64,000 nt of DNA. Source: Angustibacter luteus. GTDB taxonomy: Bacteria; Actinomycetota; Actinomycetes; Actinomycetales; Angustibacteraceae. Below the pieces are notes generated by a model. It saw only the letters and a list, made by a program, of their open reading frames with translations, did not search any database and had not been told where the DNA came from. The position numbers were made by a program, and so were the translations under genes. Below, piece by piece: positions 1-9,910 of this stretch; the first letter of the stretch is position 1, and each line of letters begins with the position of its first letter. The stretch covers positions 682,001-746,000 of the forward strand of contig NZ_BAABFP010000005.1 in the NCBI RefSeq assembly GCF_039541115.1, in the 5' to 3' direction.

Positions 1-1922
1 CCGAGCTGGTCGGCAATGGCAGCCACGAGGTCGTTGATGCCCACGCTGACCAAGCCAGCCGCCTGCTTGAGACCGCACGGATTGGCCGGATTGGTTGGGT
101 TTGTCAGGCTACATGCGGGGTTCGACACCCCAAGCTTGATCAGCGCAAGACCGCCGAGGATGGTCGCCGAGGTCTGGTTAGACAGCTGCCCAATCCCCTG
201 CTGCACCTGGTCGAGAGTCTCCGCCGCTGCGTTGGTCTGCGCCTGGAGCCCCCCGGGGTCGGTTGGGCTGAGCACACCCTTGGGCAGCCCGAGGCCATAG
301 ACAATGTTGGCGAGATCCACGCAGGTCGCAGGCACCGGGGGGGAAGGAAGCATGGTCGGCGGCACGACCGGCGGGATGGGAGTGGCAGGATTCTGCGGGC
401 ATCCGATGGCCTTGTAGACACTGATGCCGTTATCCACCCAGCCAGCAATTGGCCCGCCCGGCGCAGCTGCTCCGGACAGCTTTCCGGAGACGATCTGCAC
501 GGCATCGGCCGCACCACAGTCATCCGACTTGTCAGCATCGTTGGGGGTCTGGTCGCAGTGGGCAACGCCGGCAGGACTACGGAGTCCGTAGCGCACACCA
601 TTGATCGCACCGAGCAACGTGGTGTCGGCCTGAACCGGCTGCGGCACGTCTGACGAGTTCCCGATCTTATTCTGCATCGTCGTCAGGGCGCCCTGGAGCC
701 GCTGGAAGTCTGGGTCGGACTGGATATCCGTGGGCAGCGAGTCGATTCCGTCGACGATCAGGCCGAGCCCGTCCGCGAGATCGCCGGCGCCGGCCGCCAC
801 CTGGTCACTGCCGTCGGCAAGGCCTGCGGAGCCCTTGGCCAGCAGGTTCGCCCCGACGGCCAGCTTCGCGGAGCCCGCCTTGGCGGTCTTGGTGCCCTTC
901 ACGAGCACGCCCACGCCGGTGTTGAGCTGACTGGCCCCATCGGCCAGCAGGGCGGCACCAGGTGCGGCGTCGTTGGCCAGGCCGTCGTTGAGCTTGTGCG
1001 CACCCGCCTGGAGCTTGATCAGACCCGCGACGAGGGTGTTGGCCCCGTCACGCAGCTTCAGCAGGTTGGAGTCGATCTGGATCGCGCCGTCGGTGAGCTG
1101 CGCACCCGTCGCGGCGCCGCTCTTGTAGCTCTCGGCGCCACCGGAGAACGAGGGGCTCTCCAGCGGGTTGAGCGGCAGGGCAGAGATCGACGCGGGCGGG
1201 ATGACGCCGTCGCTGATCCGGGCCGTGTAGCCGAACTCGGCGGTCTCGGATCCGATGGGCGGGAACAACGTCATGGTGAAGGACAGCTTGGTGCCGCCGT
1301 TGCCGTCACCGGCGATGTTGGCCTGCTTGGACGCCACCTCGGTGAAGTTCGACGGCAGCTGGGTCGACAGCGAGCCCACCATCGGGATCACGACCTGCTC
1401 GTCTTTGGTGACCTGCTTGCCCGTTCCGTCGTCGAAGGTGACGGAGCCGGACTTGCCCGTGGTGTTGGTGACCTTGTAGTTCACCCCGAGATCGCCGCTC
1501 TTGCCGACGACGTCGCCGGGCTTCACCGGCTTGCCGTCGAGGGTGTAGCTCACCTCAACAGTGAGGGGAATGTCCTTGGTGAAGTTGCTGACGCTGCGGA
1601 GTCGCTTCTCGCCGTTGACGTCGACGTTGGCAATCATGTTGCCGTCCTTGACGTCGAAGCCCTTGAAGCCGTCGAGGTTGCGGAGCCCGTCCGTGGAGAC
1701 GGGGTTGGAGACCTCGACCTTGCCGCTGCCGGTCAGGGCCAGCTGCTCGTAGACCCGCTTGTCCTTGACCTTGCCGGTCGCGTCGAGGTGAGCCTGGATG
1801 GTCTCGGTGTTGGACACCGTGACATCGCTGGCGGCGAGAGCCGGGCCAGCGCCCAGGACGAGGGCTGCCGGCACGGCGGCCCCCATGAGGGCGAGGCGGA
1901 AGGCGGTGCGCTGACGGGTCAC
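1..1922 (-). CDS. Secreted/surface protein with YhgE/Pip-like L-x-x-G heptad repeats (3' end runs off the window)
   Basis: Read manually; absent from the ORF track because it has no stop in the window. GTG at 1922 overlaps the upstream TGA (GTGA). Signal peptide VTRQRTAFRLALMGAAVPAALVLGAGPALA, then heptads LTDGA/LRDGA/LQAGA/LNDGL/LADGA/LADGS/LADGL. Confidence 0.8.
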   Translation of the reverse strand, partial: MTRQRTAFRLALMGAAVPAALVLGAGPALAASDVTVSNTETIQAHLDATGKVKDKRVYEQLALTGSGKVEVSNPVSTDGLRNLDGFKGFDVKDGNMIANVDVNGEKRLRSVSNFTKDIPLTVEVSYTLDGKPVKPGDVVGKSGDLGVNYKVTNTTGKSGSVTFDDGTGKQVTKDEQVVIPMVGSLSTQLPSNFTEVASKQANIAGDGNGGTKLSFTMTLFPPIGSETAEFGYTARISDGVIPPASISALPLNPLESPSFSGGAESYKSGAATGAQLTDGAIQIDSNLLKLRDGANTLVAGLIKLQAGAHKLNDGLANDAAPGAALLADGASQLNTGVGVLVKGTKTAKAGSAKLAVGANLLAKGSAGLADGSDQVAAGAGDLADGLGLIVDGIDSLPTDIQSDPDFQRLQGALTTMQNKIGNSSDVPQPVQADTTLLGAINGVRYGLRSPAGVAHCDQTPNDADKSDDCGAADAVQIVSGKLSGAAAPGGPIAGWVDNGISVYKAIGCPQNPATPIPPVVPPTMLPSPPVPATCVDLANIVYGLGLPKGVLSPTDPGGLQAQTNAAAETLDQVQQGIGQLSNQTSATILGGLALIKLGVSNPACSLTNPTNPANPCGLKQAAGLVSVGINDLVAAIADQL

Positions 1923-2494
1923 AGGCTCTTCTCCGAAACGAGGTCGTCGTTGGTCGTGGTCGTGCTGGGGGTGTCACGGTGCGAGGCCGACTCGTGCTCG
2001 CGGTTGGCCTCCACGGCCGGGCCGAGGAACGCGGTCGCCAGATAGCCGAGCGCGGCAGCCAGGAGCACCTGCGTCGCGGCCTGGGGCGACTCCGACAGGA
2101 ACTGGGACGGCGAGTCGGTGTAGGTGGTCTCGTAGGCCCCGACGATGGCGGCGACGCCGACGAGCATCGCCCACAGGGGCAGGCGCGTGCCGGACAGCAC
2201 CGAGACGCCCATGCACAGCAGGATGACGATGAATGCCGCGACCGCACGGCCGCCAGCGGTGTCGGGCAGGACGGCGGCGCGCAGTGCGAAGCCGATCCAG
2301 GCCGCGGCGAAGCCGACGCCGAAACCGGCGATGCGCTGCCAGGGCAGGCGGTCCGGCACCAGGCCGATCACGCCGCCGAGGGCCGCTCCGAGCAGCGCCA
2401 CATGATCCAGATCCCAGCCGAGCAGATGCCCGACCCCGAAGACCAAAGCTGCCATGACGGCGAGCACGAACCCACCGATGACGTTGTTCCGCAT
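1919..2494 (-). CDS. Integral membrane protein (about 6 TM, DUF1097-like)
   Basis: MRNNVIGGFVLAVM... preceded by a GAGGTGG RBS; hydrophobic throughout; translationally coupled to the downstream gene. Confidence 0.75.
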   Translation of the reverse strand: MRNNVIGGFVLAVMAALVFGVGHLLGWDLDHVALLGAALGGVIGLVPDRLPWQRIAGFGVGFAAAWIGFALRAAVLPDTAGGRAVAAFIVILLCMGVSVLSGTRLPLWAMLVGVAAIVGAYETTYTDSPSQFLSESPQAATQVLLAAALGYLATAFLGPAVEANREHESASHRDTPSTTTTNDDLVSEKSL

Positions 2495-2552
2495 GTCCAC
2501 CTCTAAGTCGGCCTGCCGTCGTCGGTCCCTCCACAATGAGAGACCACGGCTG

Positions 2553-2578
2553 CGAAGTTCTACCACGGAGTAACTTCG
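2553..2578. promoter_or_regulatory. Inverted repeat CGAAGTT-N12-AACTTCG, candidate operator
   Basis: Intergenic, about 60 bp upstream of the membrane-protein start. Confidence 0.35.
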
Positions 2579-2654
2579 GAGGTCACCTACTTGGGCCCAA
2601 GGCCTCGTTACGAAATCGTCACAAGGTCCGCGCGAGCACGACCCATGCGTGATT

Positions 2655-5372
2655 TCAGTGGCCGGCGGACTCCCAGGACTGGCCGACACCGACCGAGACG
2701 TCGAGGGGGACGGACAGCTCGATGGCGTGGCCCATGGCCTGGCGGACGAGCGCCTCGAGGTCGTCCCGCTCCCCCGGTGCGACGTCGAAGATCAGCTCGT
2801 CGTGCACCTGCAGCAGCATCCGGGAACGCAGGTCCTGCTGCTCGAGCGCAGCGGCGACCCGCAGCATCGCCACCTTGATGATGTCGGCCGCCGACCCCTG
2901 GATCGGCGCGTTCAGCGCCATCCGCTCGGCCGCCTCCCGACGCTGGCGGTTGTCGCTGGTGAGGTCCGGCAGGTAGCGGCGCCGACCCAGCATGGTCTGG
3001 GTGTAGCCGGTACGCCGGGCCTCGTCGACCACCGAGTCCAGGTAGACGCGGACCCCGCCGAACCGCTCGAAGTACTCCCCCATCAGGCCGCGCGCCTCGT
3101 CGACGTCGATCCGCAGCTGACGGCTGAGCCCGAACGCCGAAAGGCCGTACGCCAGGCCGTAGCTCATGGCCTTGACCTTGCTGCGCATCGCGGAGGTGAC
3201 GTCGACCGGCTCGACGCCGAACACCCGAGCGCCCACGAAGCGGTGCAGGTCCTCGCCGGTGTTGAACGCCTCGATCAACCCGGCGTCACCGGACAGGTGC
3301 GCCATGATCCGCATCTCGATCTGGCTGTAGTCGGCCGTCATGAGCGACTCGAAGCCGGGCCCGACCACGAACGCCTCGCGGATGCGCCGACCCTCGTCCG
3401 TGCGGATGGGGATGTTCTGCAGGTTCGGGTCGGTCGAGCTGAGGCGACCGGTCGCGGCGATCGTCTGGTTGTACGTCGTGTGGATGCGCCCGTCGTCCGA
3501 CACCGTCTTGCGCAGTCCCTCGACGGTCTGCCGCAGCCGCGACACGTCACGGTGGCGCAGCAGCGCCTCGAGGAACGGGTGCGGACTCTTGACGTAGAGG
3601 TCCTGCAGCGCCTCGGCGTCGGTCGTGTACCCGGTCTTGGTGCGCTTGGTCTTGGGCATCCCGAGCTCGTCGAACAGCACGGTCTGCAGCTGCTTGGGAG
3701 AGCCGAGGTTGAGCGTGCGGGCCGAGCCGTCGGCCGCCTGCGGGAGCGCGGCGAACGCCTCGTCTGCGGCCCGCTTCACCTCGCCGGCGAAGCCCGCCTC
3801 GAGATCGGCGAGCTGGTCGTCGTCCACGCCGATGCCGATGCGCTCCATCTCCGCGAGCACCCGCACCAGTGGAAGCTCGACATCGCGCAGCAGCTCGGCA
3901 CCGCCGCGGGCCTCGAGCTCGGCGTCCAGGGCGTCCGCCAGGTCGAGCACCGCGCGGGCCTGCACCATCGCCGTCTCGTCCTCGTCCGGCCCTTCACCGG
4001 TGTCCAGGGTGAGCTGGCCGCTCGGGTCCTCGGCCTCCAGTCGCAGCTCTCGACTCAGGTGCCGCAGCACCAGGTCTGCCAGGTCGTAGGAGCGCTGGTC
4101 CGGCTTGACCAGGTAGGCCGCCAGGGCGGTGTCGCTCACCACGCCCCGCAACGGCAGCCCGCGCTCGCGCAGCGCGTGCCCGGGCCCCTTCGCGTCGTGC
4201 AACGCCTTGGGCCGCGCCGGGTCACCCAGCCAGTCACCCACTGCGGCGAGACCGGCCTCGTCGAGGCTCTCGAGGTCGACGTAGCCGGCGGACTCGTCGG
4301 CCGCCGCGACCGCCAGCCCGCGGGCGTCACCTGCGCCGCGGCCCCACGATCCCACCACGTGCAGACCCGTCCGCACGCCAGCACCGGCGTGCTCCGTCAG
4401 CCAGTCCGCCACGGCCGTCGAGTCCAGCTTCGACGTGGCCAGGTCGAATCCTGACTCGGCCTCGGGGGCCGCCGCGTCCACCGTCGCGAAGAGCCGCTCG
4501 CGCAGCACCCGGAACTCCAGGCCGTCGAAGACCTGGTGCACCTCGTCCCGGTCCCACTGCTGCCGGGCCAGATCGGCCGGACCGAGCGGGAGCTCGAGGT
4601 CGCGGACGAGGGCGTTGAGGCGGCGGTTGCGCAGCACTCCGTCCAGGTGCTCGCGCAGGCTCTCCCCCGCCTTGCCCTTGATCAGGTCGACGTTGGCCAC
4701 GACGCCGTGCAGGTCGCCGTACGTGGTGATCCACTTCGCCGCCGTCTTCGGCCCGACGCCCGGGACCCCGGGCAGGTTGTCGCTCGTCTCGCCGACCAGG
4801 GCCGCGAGGTCCGGGTAGCGCTCCGGCGGGACGCCGTACTTGTCGAGCACCGCCTGCGGGTCCATCCGCCACAGCTCGGAGACACCGCGGACCGGGTAGA
4901 GGACGGTCGTGCGGTCACTGACCAGCTGGAAGTTGTCTCGGTCGCCGGAGCAGATCAGCACGTCCAGACCCTGAGCGGCGGCCTGCGTCGTGAGGGTGGC
5001 GATGACGTCGTCCGCCTCGAAGCCCTCCTTCTCGATGACCGGGATGCGCAGCGCGGCGAGCACCTCGTGCAGCAAGGAGATCTGGCCCTTGAACTCGTCG
5101 GGCGTCTTCGACCGGCCGGCCTTGTACTCGGCGTACTCCTCGGATCGGAACGTCTGCCGGGAGACGTCGAAGGCGACGGCGATGTGCGTCGGCTGCTCGT
5201 CGCGGAGCAGGTTGATCAACATGGACGTGAAGCCGTAGACCGCGTTGGTGGTCTGCCCGGTGGACGTCGAGAAGTTCTCCGGCGGCAGGGCGAAGAACGC
5301 CCGATAGGCCAGTGAGTGCCCGTCGAGCAGCATCAGGCGCGGGGTCTGGTCGGCAGTCGTGGGAACGCTCAC
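2655..5372 (-). CDS. polA: DNA polymerase I
   Basis: 5' nuclease (LLDGHSLAYRAF, EADDVIATL), motif A DYSQIEMR, motif B KAMSYGLAYG, motif C VHDEL. Start placed at the GTG 7 nt after a TAGGGT -10. Confidence 0.97.
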   Translation of the reverse strand: MSVPTTADQTPRLMLLDGHSLAYRAFFALPPENFSTSTGQTTNAVYGFTSMLINLLRDEQPTHIAVAFDVSRQTFRSEEYAEYKAGRSKTPDEFKGQISLLHEVLAALRIPVIEKEGFEADDVIATLTTQAAAQGLDVLICSGDRDNFQLVSDRTTVLYPVRGVSELWRMDPQAVLDKYGVPPERYPDLAALVGETSDNLPGVPGVGPKTAAKWITTYGDLHGVVANVDLIKGKAGESLREHLDGVLRNRRLNALVRDLELPLGPADLARQQWDRDEVHQVFDGLEFRVLRERLFATVDAAAPEAESGFDLATSKLDSTAVADWLTEHAGAGVRTGLHVVGSWGRGAGDARGLAVAAADESAGYVDLESLDEAGLAAVGDWLGDPARPKALHDAKGPGHALRERGLPLRGVVSDTALAAYLVKPDQRSYDLADLVLRHLSRELRLEAEDPSGQLTLDTGEGPDEDETAMVQARAVLDLADALDAELEARGGAELLRDVELPLVRVLAEMERIGIGVDDDQLADLEAGFAGEVKRAADEAFAALPQAADGSARTLNLGSPKQLQTVLFDELGMPKTKRTKTGYTTDAEALQDLYVKSPHPFLEALLRHRDVSRLRQTVEGLRKTVSDDGRIHTTYNQTIAATGRLSSTDPNLQNIPIRTDEGRRIREAFVVGPGFESLMTADYSQIEMRIMAHLSGDAGLIEAFNTGEDLHRFVGARVFGVEPVDVTSAMRSKVKAMSYGLAYGLSAFGLSRQLRIDVDEARGLMGEYFERFGGVRVYLDSVVDEARRTGYTQTMLGRRRYLPDLTSDNRQRREAAERMALNAPIQGSAADIIKVAMLRVAAALEQQDLRSRMLLQVHDELIFDVAPGERDDLEALVRQAMGHAIELSVPLDVSVGVGQSWESAGH

Positions 5373-5379
5373 GGGGTTC

Positions 5380-5401
5380 ACCCTAGAGGCGCCCGCCGAC
5401 A
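5380..5401 (-). promoter_or_regulatory. PafBC/RecA-NDp-type DNA-damage promoter of polA
   Basis: TGTCGG-cgggcgcctc-TAGGGT, an exact TGTCGG-N10-TA-N3-T match. Confidence 0.75.
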
Positions 5402-5414
5402 GGCCAGGGAGCGG

Positions 5415-6026
5415 TCAGGCGCTGCTGCGGGCGCGCAGGGCGCCGGCCATGTTCCTGGCCCGCAGGGAGCGGCGACGCAGGACGGTCGCATCGCGCGCGA
5501 GGCACGGCTCCGGCACGAGCCGGCGGCGGACGGCGGACACCGACGCGACGCGGCGCACGACGAACGGTGTGAAGCCCAGCCGAGCGAAGAAGCGTTGCCC
5601 GTCCCGGCCCGCGGCCGGCACGCTGGTCGAGATCTGGCTCGCCCCACCCTGCTCCGCGAACGTCGTGGCGCGCGCGATCAGCGCACGGCCCACGCCCTGG
5701 CGACGGGCGTCCTCCTGCACGAACAAGTGCTCGATGGCGACGCTGGGCTCATCCAGGAGCGGCAGCAGCGGCCCGCGGGACAGGACGACGAAACCGACGT
5801 CGTGCCCGTCCAGCGCAGCGACGAACGCCTTCACGCCGTCCCGCGCGATGGCGCGCCCGAGGGTACTGGCGAGATCGCGTCGATCGACCCGACCGGCTGC
5901 AGGGACTCGTCCGACGGGACGGGAGTCCACCCACAGACCCGCCAGTGACTCGACGTCCACTGGCTCCTCGGCATCGATGACCCGAACGCTGACCTGAGAC
6001 GGGGCCACTGGTCCTCCTGTCGACAT
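5415..6026 (-). CDS. GNAT family N-acetyltransferase
   Basis: Acetyl-CoA motif LFVQEDARRQGVGRAL and FFARLGF; start uncertain (6026 or 6047). Confidence 0.85.
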   Translation of the reverse strand: MSTGGPVAPSQVSVRVIDAEEPVDVESLAGLWVDSRPVGRVPAAGRVDRRDLASTLGRAIARDGVKAFVAALDGHDVGFVVLSRGPLLPLLDEPSVAIEHLFVQEDARRQGVGRALIARATTFAEQGGASQISTSVPAAGRDGQRFFARLGFTPFVVRRVASVSAVRRRLVPEPCLARDATVLRRRSLRARNMAGALRARSSA

Positions 6027-6154
6027 CCTGGCGGGGCCCCCACCCATGCCTGCACGAGCTTGATCCGTTGCAGACCTTACGACCTCTGCACCCCTCGACG
6101 GTAGTGCCTGTCGATATCCGTACTGACCTGGGGTGTGTGACGGTGGTTTCGTCG

Positions 6155-6871
6155 CTAGACGTCGCCGCCGAGGTAGGCAGCCCGGATGCTGTCGTCGGCG
6201 GCGAGGTCGCTGCCCGAGCCGTCCCGGACGATCTCGCCGGTCTCCAGGATGTACGCGTGATCGGCCGTCTTCAGGGCCTGCGCCGCATTCTGCTCGACGA
6301 GCAGGATCGTGACGCCCTGGCCGTGGATCTCCCGGATGATCGCGAAGATCTGCGCGATGAGCTTGGGCGCGAGGCCCATCGATGGCTCATCCAGCAGCAG
6401 CAGCTTCGGACGCCCCATCAGCGCCCGGCCGATGGCGAGCATCTGCTGCTCGCCGCCGGACATGGTCCCCGCGGCCTGGGACGCGCGCTCCTTGAGCCGC
6501 GGGAAGAGCGTGAAGACTCGCTCCAGGTCCTTGGGGACGGTCACCTTGCGGTCCTTGCGGAAGTAGGCGCCCATCTCGAGGTTCTCCATGACGGACATCC
6601 CCGGGAAGACCCCACGACCCTCGGGTGCCTGCCCGATGCCCAGCTCGACGCGCTTGTGCGCCGCCATGTTCGTGATGTCCTCGCCGTCGAACACGATCTT
6701 GCCGGCCCGCACCGGGTGCAGTCCGGAGACCGTCTTCATGGTTGTCGTCTTGCCCGCGCCGTTCGCCCCGATCAAGGTGACGACGGAGTTCTCGGGCACG
6801 CCGAAGGAGATGTCCCGGATGGCCTCGATGCGCCCGTAGTTGACGCACAGGCCTTCGACCTCAAGAAGCAT
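6155..6871 (-). CDS. livF: Branched-chain amino acid ABC transporter ATPase
   Basis: Walker A GANGAGKT, signature MSGGEQQ, LLLDEPSMGLAP. Confidence 0.93.
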   Translation of the reverse strand: MLLEVEGLCVNYGRIEAIRDISFGVPENSVVTLIGANGAGKTTTMKTVSGLHPVRAGKIVFDGEDITNMAAHKRVELGIGQAPEGRGVFPGMSVMENLEMGAYFRKDRKVTVPKDLERVFTLFPRLKERASQAAGTMSGGEQQMLAIGRALMGRPKLLLLDEPSMGLAPKLIAQIFAIIREIHGQGVTILLVEQNAAQALKTADHAYILETGEIVRDGSGSDLAADDSIRAAYLGGDV

Positions 6872-7688
6872 CTTCTTCGTCAACTCCCAGGTAGGCGGCG
6901 ATGACCGCGGGGTTGTCGCGGATCTCGGCGGGTAGACCCTCGGCGATCTTGCGGCCGAACTCCAGCACCACGATGCGGTCCGTGACGCCCATGACGAGGC
7001 GCATGTCGTGCTCGATCAGCAGGACCGTGTAGCCCTGGTCCCGGATTCGCCGGATCAGGTCCATCAGGTCGCGCTTCTCCGCGGGGTTGAAGCCGGCGGC
7101 CGGCTCGTCCAGGCAGAGCAGCTGGGGGTTGGTGGCCAGGGCGCGCGCGATCTCCAGCCGGCGCTGGTCGCCGTAGGGCAGGTTGCGGGCCAGCTCGTCG
7201 GCCCGCTTGCTCAGGCCCATGAACTTGAGCAGCTCACGCGCCTTGTCGTGGCCCTCGGTCTCCTCGCGGCGGTGCTTGGGCAGCTTGAACAGCGAGGAGA
7301 ACAGTCCGGTGCTGTGCTGGGCGTCGGCCCCGACCAGGATGTTCTCCAACGCCGTCATGTTGCCGAACAGCCGGATGTTCTGGAACGTGCGGGCGATGCC
7401 GAGCTTGGTGATCGCGAACTTGTGCAGCCCTGCGAGGGAGCTGCCGTTGAAGCTCACCTGGCCCGAGGTCACCTGGTAGACGCCGGTCATGGCGTTGAAG
7501 CACGTGGTCTTCCCGGCGCCGTTCGGCCCGATGAGCCCGAGGATCTCGCCGCGACGGATGTCGAACGACACCCCGTCGAGGGCGACGACACCACCGAACC
7601 GCAGGGTGACGTCGTCCAGGGACAGCAGCACGTCGCCGGCCGCCGTGGGCGGCGTCGCGGCGGGCTGGGTCGTCTGGGTGTCAGACAT
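6861..7688 (-). CDS. livG: Branched-chain amino acid ABC transporter ATPase
   Basis: [38 protein letters not shown]. Confidence 0.93.
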   Translation of the reverse strand: MSDTQTTQPAATPPTAAGDVLLSLDDVTLRFGGVVALDGVSFDIRRGEILGLIGPNGAGKTTCFNAMTGVYQVTSGQVSFNGSSLAGLHKFAITKLGIARTFQNIRLFGNMTALENILVGADAQHSTGLFSSLFKLPKHRREETEGHDKARELLKFMGLSKRADELARNLPYGDQRRLEIARALATNPQLLCLDEPAAGFNPAEKRDLMDLIRRIRDQGYTVLLIEHDMRLVMGVTDRIVVLEFGRKIAEGLPAEIRDNPAVIAAYLGVDEEDAS

Positions 7689-8835
7689 GCGCTGCCCCCT
7701 CCTCGAGCTCCTCGAGCTCCTCGTCGACCTGTCTGGCCCGGACCGTCCGCTTGGGCGGTAGCAGCCCCTGCGGACGGAAGTTGGCCAGCACGATCAGCAG
7801 GATCCCGAACACCAGCACCCGGTAGTCGGCGAAGGGCCGGAAGATCTCGGGCAGGTAGGACACGATGATGGCGCCGACGATGACGCCCCACCGGTTGCCC
7901 GCACCGCCGACGACGACCGCCGCCAGGAACAGGATGGACAGCAGCAGCGGGAAGGACTCCGGGTTGATGAACGCCTGGCGGGTGGCGAACAACCCGCCCG
8001 AGAGGCCGCCGATGAAGGCACCGCAGGAGAAGGCCAGCAGCTTGAACTTGAACGTCGGCACGCCCATCAGCTCGGCGGCGTCCTCGTCCTCGCGGGTCGC
8101 CTCCCAGGCCCGGCCCACGCGGCTCTGCACCAGGCGCTTCTCACCCGCGAGGATGATGAAGATCACCGTGAGCGCCAGCCAGTAGTACGGGATCTGGTCC
8201 AGCACGCCGAACTTGATGAACGTGGTCGTGTTGTCCAGGTCGATCGTCGCGACGAAGCCGTTCCACGAGACGTGCGGCAGCTTGAAGATCTCGACGCTGG
8301 GCGGCCGTGGGACGTTGCTGATCCCAGCCGCCGCGCCGACCCACTGCAGGTTGACGGCGGTCAGCCGGATGATCTCACCGAAGCCGAGCGTCACGATCGC
8401 GAGGTAGTCACCGCGCACCCGCAGCGTCGGGGCACCGAGCAGGACGCCCGACACGGTGGCCACCAGCGCCGCCAGCGGCAGCAGGAGCAGCAGCGGAACG
8501 TGCGCGTGCAGGGACCCGAGCACGGCGACCGTGTACGCGCCGATCGCGTAGAAGCCGACGTAGCCGAGGTCGAGCAGCCCGGCGTAGCCCAGCACGATGT
8601 TCAGACCCAGGGCCACCAGCACGTACGTCGACACGTTGAACAGCACCGCACCGAAGTCGCTCTGGCTCGGCGAGATGAGCGGCGGGTTCAGCAGCGGCAG
8701 CAGGTACAGCAGGACGACGAACAGGGCGCCCAGCAGGACGCGGACCGGCTTCGGCTGGCGACGGATGACGTCGGCGACGGTGACCAGCGGGTTGCGGGAC
8801 CGGCTCTTGCCGGCGGTTGCGGTGGGAGACGTCAT
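7681..8835 (-). CDS. livM: Branched-chain amino acid ABC transporter permease
   Basis: [39 protein letters not shown]. Confidence 0.92.
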   Translation of the reverse strand: MTSPTATAGKSRSRNPLVTVADVIRRQPKPVRVLLGALFVVLLYLLPLLNPPLISPSQSDFGAVLFNVSTYVLVALGLNIVLGYAGLLDLGYVGFYAIGAYTVAVLGSLHAHVPLLLLLPLAALVATVSGVLLGAPTLRVRGDYLAIVTLGFGEIIRLTAVNLQWVGAAAGISNVPRPPSVEIFKLPHVSWNGFVATIDLDNTTTFIKFGVLDQIPYYWLALTVIFIILAGEKRLVQSRVGRAWEATREDEDAAELMGVPTFKFKLLAFSCGAFIGGLSGGLFATRQAFINPESFPLLLSILFLAAVVVGGAGNRWGVIVGAIIVSYLPEIFRPFADYRVLVFGILLIVLANFRPQGLLPPKRTVRARQVDEELEELEEGAAHV

Positions 8836-9821
8836 GCGCGTGCCCTCCCCAAGGACTCACCGAGCAGGCCGGTTGGTCGGAACAGCAGGATGACGATCAG
8901 GAGGACGAACGCGACGACGTCCTGCCACTGCGAGCCCACGATCGCCGACCCGTAGTTCTCAGCCAGCCCGAGCACGAAGCCGCCGAGCAGGGCCCCCCGG
9001 ACGTTGCCGATGCCACCCAGGACCGCCGCGGTGAACGCCTTGACACCGAGCAGGAAGCCCGCGTTCCAACGGGTGACGCCGAACTTCATGAGGTACAGCA
9101 GCGCGGCGGCGCCGGCCATCACACCGCCGATCAGGAAGGTGACCCGGATGACCTGCTGCTTGTTGACGCCCATCAACGCGGCGGCGTCGGAGTCCTGCGC
9201 GACCGCGCGGATACCCCGGCCCAGTCGCGACCGCCGGATGAACTGGTCGAGGGCGACCATCATGACCAACGCGCAGCCGAGCACCAGCAGGTCGATGTTG
9301 CTGACGCCGTAGTTGCCGATGTTGAACAGGATCCGGGACTGGAGCGGGTTCGCGAACCGCGTGTTGTCCCGCGCACCGCTGACGTACAGGTGCAGCGTGC
9401 CGTCCAGGCCGACCCAGCCGGTGATCTTGTCCCGCAGGCCCATGATCTCGCCCAGCACGAAGGACATGCCGATGGCGCTGATCAGAGCGGTCAGGGGTGG
9501 GGCTTTCAGTCGGATCAGGCGCCGGTAGGCGACCCGCTCGACGACCAGGGCCGTCGCACCGCTCACTGCGGTGGCGGCGACGAGGGCCACCAGCAGCAGG
9601 AGGGCGATCTCCAGCGGCGAGGGGTTCGGCCCCGCGCCGATCGCGGCGAGCGCCCACACCGCCGCGAAGCTCCCCCACATGAAGACCTCGGAGTGGGCGA
9701 AGTTGATCAGGCGCAGCACGCCGTACACGAGCGTGTAGCCCAGGGCGACGAGTCCGTAGACCGCCCCCTTGATGAGCCCGGTGCCCGTCAACGCGGCGAA
9801 GTTGTGGATCAGGTACGACAT
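8832..9821 (-). CDS. livH: Branched-chain amino acid ABC transporter permease
   Basis: MSYLIHN... after a GGAGG RBS; GYTLVYGVLRLINFAH, AAVLGGIGN. Confidence 0.92.
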   Translation of the reverse strand: MSYLIHNFAALTGTGLIKGAVYGLVALGYTLVYGVLRLINFAHSEVFMWGSFAAVWALAAIGAGPNPSPLEIALLLLVALVAATAVSGATALVVERVAYRRLIRLKAPPLTALISAIGMSFVLGEIMGLRDKITGWVGLDGTLHLYVSGARDNTRFANPLQSRILFNIGNYGVSNIDLLVLGCALVMMVALDQFIRRSRLGRGIRAVAQDSDAAALMGVNKQQVIRVTFLIGGVMAGAAALLYLMKFGVTRWNAGFLLGVKAFTAAVLGGIGNVRGALLGGFVLGLAENYGSAIVGSQWQDVVAFVLLIVILLFRPTGLLGESLGRARA

Positions 9822-9845
9822 CCGACCTCCAGAAGCCTGGGCACC

Positions 9846-9882
9846 CCACGCGGCCGGGAGCCTACCGCTCCCGGCCGCGTGG
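9846..9882 (-). terminator. Intercistronic hairpin (16-bp perfect stem) after the substrate-binding gene
   Basis: CCACGCGGCCGGGAGC-ctacc-GCTCCCGGCCGCGTGG; likely an mRNA stabiliser or partial terminator. Confidence 0.7.
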
Positions 9883-9910
9883 ACCTCACCTGTATGGGTA
9901 GAGCTCGGTG

